From: a virus
DNA length: 37,689 bases
Virus record (IMG/VR): IMGVR_UViG_3300027719_000019
Span: 1-37,689 of that record
Direction: 5' to 3' (one strand)
The notes below the pieces were generated by a model. That model was not told the DNA's origin and did no database searches. It worked only from the letters and a program-made list of their open reading frames with translations. Below, in pieces: positions 6,941 to 15,035 of the stretch. Numbering within the stretch: position 1 is the first letter of the stretch; the number at the start of each line of letters is the position of its first letter. Both the position numbers and the translations under genes were made by a program.

Positions 6941-7707
6941 CCGCCCCAGCAATTGATCACCTAAGCTATTCCAGCATCACGTTGTATCTGGATTGTCCGG
7001 AAGCCTGGCGGCGCAAGTACATTCTCAAGGATCCGGTGAAATCCTCTCCAGCCCTGGTGGTTGGATCCGCGTTCCACGGCACGGTTGAGCGCCTGGTGCA
7101 GGTCACCGATGGGGATGTAGTCAAAATCTGGGATGAGGAATTCAAGAAAGCGACTGCGAAGGATGCCGTCGAGTGGGGTCTGGATACTCCGGAACAGCAT
7201 TACAACGATGGGCTGCGGATGCTGACTCACCCAACCATCAAAACCGCGATTGCCGATATCCACCCAGGGCAAGATGAAGCCGGGTACAAAATCGAACGCA
7301 AAGTGGAGCTGCGTGTTCCGGGCGTACCGATTCCGGTCATTGGTTACATCGACGCTATTCTGGATGACGGCACCCCGGCAGATTTCAAAACGTCCAAAAT
7401 GAGCTGGACAGAAGCAAAAGCCAGTGATTCACTGCAAACCCTGTTTTACCTGGCGGCGATGAACCAGATGGGAATTCCGGTCAACTGGAAATTCAAGCAC
7501 CTGGTGTTCGTGAAAACCAAGGAACCAAAGTTCCAGATGCTGGAACACAGCCACAAACCGGCTGAGATTTTCTTCCTGATGGATATCGTTGCCCGGGTAT
7601 GGAAGGCCATCGAGCTGGATGTGTACCCGATCAACCCGACCGGCTGGCGCTGTAACGAACAATACTGCGACTTTTTTGCCAACTGCAGGGGAAAGTATCA
7701 AAAATGA
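6937..7707 (+). CDS. PD-(D/E)XK (Cas4/RecB-like) exonuclease, partner of RecT
   Basis: The N-terminus SYSSITLYLDCPEAWRRKY, the GYIDAIL...ADFKTSK (D..D/ExK) core and the C-terminal Cys cluster WRCNEQYCDFFANC are typical of Cas4-like Fe-S nucleases. It overlaps recT by ATGA. Confidence 0.75.
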   Translation: MTAPAIDHLSYSSITLYLDCPEAWRRKYILKDPVKSSPALVVGSAFHGTVERLVQVTDGDVVKIWDEEFKKATAKDAVEWGLDTPEQHYNDGLRMLTHPTIKTAIADIHPGQDEAGYKIERKVELRVPGVPIPVIGYIDAILDDGTPADFKTSKMSWTEAKASDSLQTLFYLAAMNQMGIPVNWKFKHLVFVKTKEPKFQMLEHSHKPAEIFFLMDIVARVWKAIELDVYPINPTGWRCNEQYCDFFANCRGKYQK

Positions 7708-7937
7708 GTGAACCTTCCACCGCCCGCCAGTTTGTGCATAAGCCGTGTCCTGGACGACTGGAACGGCTGTACAACCAGCTCATTGTCCCTGCAGGGGATA
7801 CCGGTATCCTCAAGGGACAGCTGGCCAAACTGGCGGGGGTGAAGGACGCAGACGGACTGCTGGCATCGTTGGAGTTTGCCGGATTTCTGGTGAGTGAAGA
7901 TGATGCCGGCAGGATTTATCCGTTTTCTGGAGGTTGA
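7704..7937 (+). CDS. Small protein, possibly winged-helix DNA-binding
   Basis: ATGA overlap with the upstream gene. The segment GILKGQLAKLAGVKDADGLLASLEFAGFLV resembles a wHTH. Confidence 0.45.
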   Translation: MSEPSTARQFVHKPCPGRLERLYNQLIVPAGDTGILKGQLAKLAGVKDADGLLASLEFAGFLVSEDDAGRIYPFSGG

Positions 7938-7938
7938 A

Positions 7939-8811
7939 ATGCAACAAACAACGCTGTTTACCGTAGGGAAGTTTCAGAAAAATCAATGCAGCGTGCGGGT
8001 CGAAAATAATGGTCTGATTGTCAAAACCCCGTTCCACCGGGTTATGGTCGATATGATCAAAACCCTGCCGAGTACAGAGCGGCGGTTTGATCCGAATGAA
8101 AAATCGTGGGTGGTCAACCCGCGGCATGAGAACCTGGTGCTGAGCTGGATTGACGCCTATTTTGGCGAACAACCCATCGTGGAACGCTGCGCGGCAGTGT
8201 CGGGAATGCCCCAGTCCAGCATGAATATTTTAGAGGTCCATTATCTGGCCACCGCGAAAGATAAGGGTGGGGATGAACGGATTGCACTGGGCATGGACGC
8301 GGGGAATACCTGGTCGTTTGTGTTCCCCGAATCGGTCCTGCGGGCGTGGTTCTGTGCGGACACCAACCCGACCGAGGCACTGACACTGTACGGCCTGCTG
8401 GGTATCCGTCAGGATGCAGCTCCGGACGCGATCAAGGCGGCATACCGGCGCATGGCGTTGACCTGGCACCCGGACCACTGCAAGGAAATCAACGCGGCGG
8501 ATGTGTTCCTGCGGGTGAAGGAAGCCTATTCCATACTGAGTGACGCGGGGAAACGGGGGCGATATGACGCCGGACTGGCACTGGAACGCAGTCTGAACCG
8601 CAACAAACAGCAGGATACCGGCATCAACGATATCAGCGGTTACCGCGCCCCGCTGCGCTGCGGGATGATTCTGGCAGAGGGTGCGGTCAATCTGGGTAGA
8701 TTTCACGTTACAAAAATTTTAGCCTGGGAAGACATTATTAATGGTTTTGGCCAGACACTGGTCAGCAGCTGGGTGTACGGGGATAAAACCCCGACAAAGA
8801 TTTGGGCGTAA
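7939..8811 (+). CDS. J-domain (DnaJ-like, HPD motif) protein with unrelated N- and C-terminal regions
   Basis: ATG 7939 follows GGAGG. The J domain reads LYGLLGIRQDAAPDAIKAAYRRMALTWHPDHC...VFLRVKEAYSILSDAGKRGRYD. Confidence 0.8.
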   Translation: MQQTTLFTVGKFQKNQCSVRVENNGLIVKTPFHRVMVDMIKTLPSTERRFDPNEKSWVVNPRHENLVLSWIDAYFGEQPIVERCAAVSGMPQSSMNILEVHYLATAKDKGGDERIALGMDAGNTWSFVFPESVLRAWFCADTNPTEALTLYGLLGIRQDAAPDAIKAAYRRMALTWHPDHCKEINAADVFLRVKEAYSILSDAGKRGRYDAGLALERSLNRNKQQDTGINDISGYRAPLRCGMILAEGAVNLGRFHVTKILAWEDIINGFGQTLVSSWVYGDKTPTKIWA

Positions 8812-8821
8812 GGAGATTGAA

Positions 8822-9307
8822 ATGGACTCGATGATGATTGATTCGGAGAAAGTAAACAAAGGGTTGGTTGCCCTGGTGGAATCGCTGAGCGCGTACATGG
8901 GTGTGGATGCTCGTGTGGAAACCCGCATGGTGGTGTTCAGTGCGTCCCCCGCATTACTCAGTATTGTAGGGCAGCTGGTAGGCAAGGATGAAATTGCGCC
9001 GGTTGTCCCCGCGCCTGAGCTGGTCCAGCCGGGGCCGCTGCAAAGCCGCATCCGGAAGGAACCGGTCAAGGTCGATGATCAGCCGGAATCTGATCGTCTT
9101 TGCTATTGCGGAAAACCCCTGCAGGGGAAAGCGAAAAGCTGCGGTGAACCAGAATGTGTCAAAAAGCAAAAAGCCGAGTACATGAAAAATTACTGGGCGG
9201 AATATTCGAAGAAGAACAAGCCCGGCAAAGCGGTTGAATCGGTCGAAAAAGAAGACGAAGACCCCGCCCCTTTCGACCCGTCCGAGAAAAAAGCAGGTCA
9301 ACCATAA
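8822..9307 (+). CDS. Hypothetical protein with a CxCGKP...CGEPEC zinc-ribbon-like segment and a Lys/Glu-rich tail
   Basis: ATG 8822 follows AAGGAG. It ends in ..SEKKAGQP* just after an A6 run (9287-9292). Confidence 0.65.
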   Translation: MDSMMIDSEKVNKGLVALVESLSAYMGVDARVETRMVVFSASPALLSIVGQLVGKDEIAPVVPAPELVQPGPLQSRIRKEPVKVDDQPESDRLCYCGKPLQGKAKSCGEPECVKKQKAEYMKNYWAEYSKKNKPGKAVESVEKEDEDPAPFDPSEKKAGQP

Positions 9308-9312
9308 CCGCG

Positions 9313-9459
9313 AAATACAAATGCCTGTTGTGCGGGAAGCCATACAAATTTTGCACTTGTACCTGCACCTGGTGCGGGAAACCGCTCTACAGTCAGGATC
9401 AATACGGTGAATGGAATCATCACATCTGCGGCAATCGCAGAGTAGCGAATGTGAGGTAA
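9313..9459 (+). CDS. Cys-rich zinc-ribbon coding segment with no usable start codon. It is probably the -1 frame extension of 8822..9307.
   Basis: The frame is open from 9238. It encodes KYKCLLCGKPYKFCTCTCTWCGKPLYSQDQYGEWNHHICGNRRVANVR* and repeats the CGKP motif of the upstream ORF twice. Its stop lies 4 nt before the next gene start. Confidence 0.4.
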   Translation, partial: KYKCLLCGKPYKFCTCTCTWCGKPLYSQDQYGEWNHHICGNRRVANVR

Positions 9460-9463
9460 GAAA

Positions 9464-9946
9464 ATGGGTATCAGGACGATTGATAACATGACATTCGGAC
9501 GAATGAAAGCGACGATTCAAATTCTCAGGGGAGAGATTGAATTTTTGCGTGAGGAGCTTGCGGATCACCTTCATACTGGGGAACTCAGCCAGGCATCCGA
9601 GTTGGATCTAAGAGACGAGAAAAAATGCCTGATTGAGGAAGTTGGCGAACTGCGGGTTAAGCTGGCTGAGGCTGAGCAGCGGATTGCCGAACTGGAATCA
9701 GGCGATGATGGAATCACCTCAGCCTGTGATGAGATGTTGGCCGCGCTGGAGGCGAAAGTCGCGGCACTGGAAGCAGCTGGCTGGCAGAAACCGGGGACTA
9801 CTGCCCCCGTCACCGGCAATTATCTGGAACTGGGAGAATTCAGCAACGGCATCCGCGGGTACATGATGGTCCACCGGCGACAGGCGGGGTATGTATTTTT
9901 TACCCGGCATATCTACATTCCGGAGAGCGTGGAGGTGCAGGGATGA
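9464..9946 (+). CDS. Coiled-coil protein, weak DUF551-like C-terminus
   Basis: GAGGTAAG SD. It has a heptad-rich central region and a C-terminus ...FFTRHIYIPESVE. Confidence 0.6.
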   Translation: MGIRTIDNMTFGRMKATIQILRGEIEFLREELADHLHTGELSQASELDLRDEKKCLIEEVGELRVKLAEAEQRIAELESGDDGITSACDEMLAALEAKVAALEAAGWQKPGTTAPVTGNYLELGEFSNGIRGYMMVHRRQAGYVFFTRHIYIPESVEVQG

Positions 9947-10266
9947 GTGTCATTACTGAGTTATCCAATGTCTATCTTTCCATGCTGGAAACAGTAAGCA
10001 CTGAATTGGCAACGGCGCGGGATCGGATCGGTAACCTGGAACGGATGGTTACTGATCGTGATACACAGATCGTGTACTTACGAGAGGATGTTATCAAGGC
10101 ACAGAATAAAGGTATTGAATGGTATCCAAAGAGTGAAAAACCGGAGCGGTGGCCGGTGTTAGTTGAATACCGAGACGTATGCGAGGACCGTTCGATAGAT
10201 GTATTTGACGGCGAAATGCCACCTCTTGTAATTCGTTGGTGCTATATCCCAGAGGTGTCAAAATGA
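9943..10266 (+). CDS. Coiled-coil + DUF551-like protein
   Basis: ATGA overlap. The C-terminus WYPKSEKPERWPVLVEY...VIRWCYIPE fits the DUF551 pattern (W..ekPe..vLv...W..iPe). Confidence 0.55.
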   Translation: MSVITELSNVYLSMLETVSTELATARDRIGNLERMVTDRDTQIVYLREDVIKAQNKGIEWYPKSEKPERWPVLVEYRDVCEDRSIDVFDGEMPPLVIRWCYIPEVSK

Positions 10267-10769
10267 GCGACAAAATCACCTGCCCGGTTTGCGGGGAAGA
10301 GATGGAAAACATGGATCACTATGACGGTGAGCTGTTTTATTCATGCTCAAACGGAAATTGCTCCATGCACAGTTGTTTAGCGTCTGAATCTGAATTGGAG
10401 CTCCGTCCAGTTGATACAGCCCTGCGAGAACGCATCGTCGAGCTTGAAGCCTATTGTGACAAGCTGGCAGCCGGTCTGCCTGAGGGAATGTTGCCGAAGG
10501 ATGTTGAAAACCTGCGTGAGGCAAACGCGATAATGGCTCAGCAGGTACACGATTTGAAGGCGCGGGTGACGTGGAAGCGGGCACTGAAAGTGACACCGCC
10601 GCTGAATTGCTTTGTTTTGGTAAAAGATTGGCATGGCATCATAAAAACTTTGTTTGAAAAATCAGGAGACCAGATTTTATACTTGACCAGCGATGGATGT
10701 GGATATCACAGAACCACGTCTAATACCTGCTGGACTGAATATCCTGACATGCCAGAGGTGCAACCATGA
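10263..10769 (+). CDS. Zinc-ribbon + coiled-coil + DUF551-like protein
   Basis: ATG 10263 overlaps the upstream stop. The N-terminus has CPVCGEEM...CSNGNC and the C-terminus has FVLVKDW...NTCWTEYPDMPE. Confidence 0.55.
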   Translation: MSDKITCPVCGEEMENMDHYDGELFYSCSNGNCSMHSCLASESELELRPVDTALRERIVELEAYCDKLAAGLPEGMLPKDVENLREANAIMAQQVHDLKARVTWKRALKVTPPLNCFVLVKDWHGIIKTLFEKSGDQILYLTSDGCGYHRTTSNTCWTEYPDMPEVQP

Positions 10770-10981
10770 CCGTCAAATGCCGAATATGTTGGTTCAAACT
10801 GGCACCGATGGAAGACGACCCGTGCGCAGTTTGCGACGGAACAACGCACTTCGTCTATGAATTAGATGACCGTCCCTGTGAATCATGTGACAACAAATCA
10901 CTGGATACAGACTCTCCATCATGTAAACACTGCTGGCGTGGGGACCAGTACAAAGCGAAACCTGTTGAGGTGAAATCATGA
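10766..10981 (+). CDS. Small Cys-rich (multi-CxxC) protein
   Basis: GAGGTG SD. Cysteine pairs are CRIC, CAVC, CESC and CKHC. Confidence 0.6.
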   Translation: MTVKCRICWFKLAPMEDDPCAVCDGTTHFVYELDDRPCESCDNKSLDTDSPSCKHCWRGDQYKAKPVEVKS

Positions 10982-11304
10982 AGAAAATCCTTTTCATCTG
11001 TGTTCTGATTGCCGTAGTCGGGCTGCTGGCGTACTACACCCTGATAGGACTGGCGTGGACGCTGGTCGGGCAGCCGGTGGGGATTGTCCAGGTAGAAAAC
11101 GACCTGACACCCCTGCCGCTGCCAGATGGACTGGCGGTCAATCTTCCGGATGTTGGGTATCGGTATCTCAACACGCCGGTCATCATCAAAGCAACAACCG
11201 ATGTGCCGGATGCCAAAGAAACGGGGTTACGGCCCGCGGGATGCTGGCAGTATAACGAACAAAACGCCTGGTGGATCCGAGAGACGTGTGAGGTGAAGAA
11301 ATGA
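10978..11304 (+). CDS. N-terminally membrane-anchored protein (108 aa)
   Basis: GAGGTG SD. The signal or anchor is MKKILFICVLIAVVGLLAYYTLIGLAW. Confidence 0.6.
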   Translation: MKKILFICVLIAVVGLLAYYTLIGLAWTLVGQPVGIVQVENDLTPLPLPDGLAVNLPDVGYRYLNTPVIIKATTDVPDAKETGLRPAGCWQYNEQNAWWIRETCEVKK

Positions 11305-11867
11305 CAGACAGCAAATCAATCGTAATTGGCAGTGTTCGCCAAATTGCCAACCAGACCGGAAAAAGCCTGGCCGAGACCTTCATCGGTGTGGATTGCGTCA
11401 TCGTGGTGGACACATCCGGAAGCATGGACCGAAACGACAGCCGGGGCGGGAAATCCCGCTATGCAATCGCCTGTGAGGAACTGGCGGGGTTACAGGCGAA
11501 CATGCCGGGTAAAATCGCGGTTATCGCGTTCTCATCTAATGTTCTATATTGCCCGTCCGGTGTTCCAACCTATTTTGGAGGAACAACCGATTTGACCGGA
11601 GCGTTGAAATTCGTGCGGGTAGCGGATACACCGGGGATGCGCTTTATTGTCATCAGCGACGGTGATCCGGATGATAGTCTGGGAGCGTTGACGGAAGCCA
11701 AGAAGTTCAAAAACAAAATTGATACGATTTATGTCGGTCCAGAAGGAGACCGCTCTGGTTGGGAGTTTTTACAGCACCTGGCAAAAGTCAGCGGCGGACA
11801 GGCTGTTACAGCCGACCGGGCGAAGGAACTGAAAGCAAACATCGAACAGATTCTGTTGCACGCATAG
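11301..11867 (+). CDS. von Willebrand factor A (vWA) domain protein with a MIDAS motif
   Basis: VIVVDTSGSM (DxSxS MIDAS), ..TDLTGAL.. and ..IVISDGDPDD.. are in canonical vWA order. There is a GAGGTG SD. Confidence 0.75.
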   Translation: MTDSKSIVIGSVRQIANQTGKSLAETFIGVDCVIVVDTSGSMDRNDSRGGKSRYAIACEELAGLQANMPGKIAVIAFSSNVLYCPSGVPTYFGGTTDLTGALKFVRVADTPGMRFIVISDGDPDDSLGALTEAKKFKNKIDTIYVGPEGDRSGWEFLQHLAKVSGGQAVTADRAKELKANIEQILLHA

Positions 11868-11877
11868 CAGGTAAACC

Positions 11878-13356
11878 ATGACACTGCTGAATACATTGTT
11901 GAATTCGGGGATACTGCCCCATGATGCACAGATTCTGGCCAACGAGTTTGGATCCGTGCCCGAGGATCTGTTCCTGGACGGGTTGGAGACGATTGCCCGG
12001 CGCCTGGCGTTCAATGAGCCACCCGGGCTGGTCGTTCCCCCGTCCGAGCCATGGGCGACTGTCCACCAGTCTATGCTGCTGATCGGAGACCCGGAAACCG
12101 CGTTTCTAACCGCGCTGGCAACCTGGTCAACCCCGGTACAGGTGGCGCTGAGCGGAGCGGTCAACGTGCGCAAGCGGGATCTGCTGGCATGGCAGAATCA
12201 ATCCGCATTACAGCCTGGCAAGCGCAAAAAGACAGCGGATTACCTGAAAATCATGCGCAATCTGGGTTATAAATTTGCAACGAACATCTGCACCAACGAT
12301 ATCGAGGTGAACGGCGAACCGATCACCGACAGCCGGGCAGCAGAAATTCGGGGCAAGTTACGAGATGCTGGAGTATGGGAGGTAAACGTGGCTGAAGATG
12401 TATATATGGCGGACGCCTGGCAGCACCGCTATCATGCGATTAAAAATTACCTGATGGGTCTAAAATTCGAGGGGGGAGACCCGATTACCGAGGTCGGCAA
12501 TTGTTTCCAGGACGAGTACGGCATGTTCCAGACATGGCTGCGCCGGTGGTTAATTGGCGCTGTGGCGCGGGTGATGGCAGGGGAGCAAAACCGGGTGCTG
12601 GTCCTGGACGGTGCCCAGGGTATCGGCAAAGACTATTTTGCCCGCTGGTTATGTTCCAGCCGGTCGGAATATTTCTACGAGGGACCAATCATGCCGGATG
12701 ATAAGGACTGCCGGTTACGGCGCATGTGGACGTGGATCTGGGATGTGACCGAGTTCGGAGCCACCAGCCGACGGGCGGACCGCGACGCGCTGAAGGCATT
12801 TATTACTACTCAAGAAGTTCGGGACCGCAAACCCTACGGACGGTACGATATCCGGGGGACGGCAATGAGTTCGTTTGTGGGAACGGTCAACAACGAGATC
12901 GGCATCTTGACCGACCCGACCGGCAACCGGCGATTCATGATCTCCCATCTACTCAGTATTGATTGGAGCTACACCCGGATTGATGTGGATCAGCTCTGGG
13001 CGCAGGCCTACGAACTGTACATGAGCGGGGAATCGTGGAACCTGGTGGGCGCTGAGCTTGTCCGGGCGGAGGAAATTAACGAATACTACCAGACGGTGGA
13101 CGTGGTCGAGGAGACGATCAAAAAACTGTTCACGATTGACCCGGCCAACACAACCACCTGGTTGAGTACGGTGGATATTCTCGAAACCCTCAAAGACCCG
13201 ATTCGGGGCAATCTGCGGGCGGGGACTGAGGTGGACGCCAGACGGTTAGCGGCTGCATTAACCAAGATGGGGTTGGGGAAGCCTGGCCAAAGAAAGGTTA
13301 ATAGTCAGATTGTTAGAGGCTATTATGGTATTCAGAAAATGCCAACTATCCCATAG
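11878..13356 (+). CDS. VirE / P4-D5-type P-loop NTPase (putative SF3 replicative helicase)
   Basis: Walker A VLVLDGAQGIGKDYFARWL and Walker B-like WTWIWDVTEF. The 492-aa size and the position next to the primase support the call. Confidence 0.65.
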   Translation: MTLLNTLLNSGILPHDAQILANEFGSVPEDLFLDGLETIARRLAFNEPPGLVVPPSEPWATVHQSMLLIGDPETAFLTALATWSTPVQVALSGAVNVRKRDLLAWQNQSALQPGKRKKTADYLKIMRNLGYKFATNICTNDIEVNGEPITDSRAAEIRGKLRDAGVWEVNVAEDVYMADAWQHRYHAIKNYLMGLKFEGGDPITEVGNCFQDEYGMFQTWLRRWLIGAVARVMAGEQNRVLVLDGAQGIGKDYFARWLCSSRSEYFYEGPIMPDDKDCRLRRMWTWIWDVTEFGATSRRADRDALKAFITTQEVRDRKPYGRYDIRGTAMSSFVGTVNNEIGILTDPTGNRRFMISHLLSIDWSYTRIDVDQLWAQAYELYMSGESWNLVGAELVRAEEINEYYQTVDVVEETIKKLFTIDPANTTTWLSTVDILETLKDPIRGNLRAGTEVDARRLAAALTKMGLGKPGQRKVNSQIVRGYYGIQKMPTIP

Positions 13357-13360
13357 AGAA

Positions 13361-13475
13361 AGGATTTGGTTAACAGGTAACAGCATTAACATCAAATTCC
13401 ATTAAATACCCCTACAGTATATAGGGTGGGGGTATTTAATGCAAAATGCCGTTAATGCTGTTAACCGTTACCTTT
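13361..13475. promoter_or_regulatory. About 105-bp quasi-palindromic element, copy 2 (inverted relative to 1484..1590). It is the upstream region of the primase gene.
   Basis: GTTAACAGGTAACAGCATTAAC, then ATTAAATACCCC (13401-13412) / GGGGGTATTTAAT (13428-13440), then GCAAAATGCCGTTAATGCTGTTAACCGTTAC. The 42 nt proximal to each gene differ at only 3 positions between the copies. Confidence 0.65.
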
Positions 13476-13490
13476 TTAGGAGCTGAAATT

Positions 13491-14408
13491 ATGACGATTT
13501 ATCAACAAGCCTTAAGTTTTGTCCTGTGCGGCATTGGTGTTATCCCGGTGCGGTATAAGGATAAGAAACCCGATCTAAGCAAAATACCTGGGTGGGAGGC
13601 CTATAAAACTACCCTGCCAACACAGGCGGAATTGGAACAGTGGTTTTTGCACTCGCAGTTAAATAACTACGGAGTTTTAGCTGGTTGGACCGGGTTGACG
13701 ATTTTGGATTTTGACGACGCCAGTGAATATCTGCGCTGGCAGTCATGGTGTACGAAAGTGGGCGGGCAGGCTGGTTATGTTTCCCGGTTTGCGTTTCAAG
13801 TTTTGACCAGTCGGGGAGTGCATGTGTATATCCGTCTCCCACACCAAGAACGAAACCGAAAACTTGGTGATAAAGGCAAACTTGAAATCAAAGCAAATGG
13901 GTATGTTTTAGGCCCAGATTCAACCCACCCAAGCGGAGCGGTTTATACGCCATTGCGGGATGTATGGAATTTTCCGATGGTGGACGCGCTGAGTGATGTT
14001 CTTCCAACGGCATTGTTGATTCAGGATGCGGCAAAAGTAACCAATACTCAGTCACAACCGGCAGCTCCAGCTCAGCCGGTGGATCCATGGGCGGCGGCGA
14101 TGAACCCGAAACTGTATTCGACCAAAAACAGCAGCAGCGGGGATGACCTGGTGACGACCATCCGCAAGCATTTCAAGTGTGAGGATTTTTTGGCTGATAT
14201 GCGCCAGAGTGGATCTCACTGGATGGTGGGGTTGTGTCCGCTGCATGATGACCAGTCGTCTTCTTTCTGGTTGGACACGCAGAAACAAATCTGCGGGTGT
14301 TTTGCGGGGTGTACGCCCAAGCCGTTGGATGTGATCAACCTGTACGCCAGGCTGAACGGGTTGACGAATGTGGATGCGATTCATGCGTTGGGGATGCTGT
14401 TACCCTAA
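13491..14408 (+). CDS. Bifunctional primase-polymerase (prim-pol) with a C-terminal CHC2 zinc finger
   Basis: ATG 13491 lies 8 nt after AGGAG. Motifs are GIGVIPVRYKDKKP..GW, ILDFDD, SRGVHVYIRLP and THPSG, followed by CPLHDDQSSSFWLDTQKQICGCFAGC (DnaG-type CHC2). Confidence 0.8.
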   Translation: MTIYQQALSFVLCGIGVIPVRYKDKKPDLSKIPGWEAYKTTLPTQAELEQWFLHSQLNNYGVLAGWTGLTILDFDDASEYLRWQSWCTKVGGQAGYVSRFAFQVLTSRGVHVYIRLPHQERNRKLGDKGKLEIKANGYVLGPDSTHPSGAVYTPLRDVWNFPMVDALSDVLPTALLIQDAAKVTNTQSQPAAPAQPVDPWAAAMNPKLYSTKNSSSGDDLVTTIRKHFKCEDFLADMRQSGSHWMVGLCPLHDDQSSSFWLDTQKQICGCFAGCTPKPLDVINLYARLNGLTNVDAIHALGMLLP

Positions 14409-14449
14409 TACTGAGTAGGTAAAAGTCCGAACTGAAAATGAGGTATTTT

Positions 14450-14665
14450 ATGGCAGAAGAAATTATCAGATGCAAACGATGTGGAAACGAACTGGGCCGG
14501 GCCATAATTGTGGATAAAATCGAGCTGTTTGAATATGGTGGGTTGATATTGCGTGAAGCCCGCGGGCGCTGTAAAAATTGCGGGGAGCCGTTTTACTACT
14601 CGGTCTCTGACCGGGCGCTGGAACAGCTGCTGAAAACGATGGTAAATGTGGAGGTACATGAATGA
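14450..14665 (+). CDS. Small zinc-ribbon protein (CxxC-x29-CxxC). By position it is a candidate late-gene regulator.
   Basis: ATG 14450 lies 6 nt after TGAGG. It contains CKRCGNE...CKNCGEP and is the next-to-last gene before the late promoter. Confidence 0.55.
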   Translation: MAEEIIRCKRCGNELGRAIIVDKIELFEYGGLILREARGRCKNCGEPFYYSVSDRALEQLLKTMVNVEVHE

Positions 14666-14922
14666 ATGATAGCGATTATCTTCTCGCGCTTGAAAGTGCA
14701 AAGAAAATGGCGGTGCAGCATGGGAAAACAACCTATGTTTTTGACGATCAGAATATTGTTATCACAAATGGATTCAACGATGACGATAACATAAAAATGT
14801 TTGGAAAACTTGTTTTGATTGCCACTTGTTCTCCTGATGGGAACGTTGATCTGCGGGGGAAACTTGCAGAAATCAAGAAGCAGGGTGATGAAACAAATTA
14901 TGATCATAATTGTTTAGCATGA
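14662..14922 (+). CDS. Hypothetical protein (86 aa), last early gene
   Basis: ATGA-type overlap with a GGAGG SD. Confidence 0.55.
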   Translation: MNDSDYLLALESAKKMAVQHGKTTYVFDDQNIVITNGFNDDDNIKMFGKLVLIATCSPDGNVDLRGKLAEIKKQGDETNYDHNCLA

Positions 14923-14990
14923 ACGCTGTGCACCCCGTTCTTACCAGTCTGTTCCCGTAGAGTCTTAAGTGGGAACACCCTGACAGGGGT

Positions 14991-15034
14991 TGGTATAATA
15001 GAGTTAATCACATATTGGGATTCCGGAGTTTACC
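14991..15034 (+). promoter_or_regulatory. Late promoter A (extended -10 TGGTATAAT) plus a conserved leader box GGGATTCCGGAGTTTACCGCCC
   Basis: TGGTATAAT lies at 14991-14999. The 22-nt box (15017-15038) recurs at 20658-20679 with 3 mismatches. Confidence 0.6.
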
Positions 15035-15035
15035 G

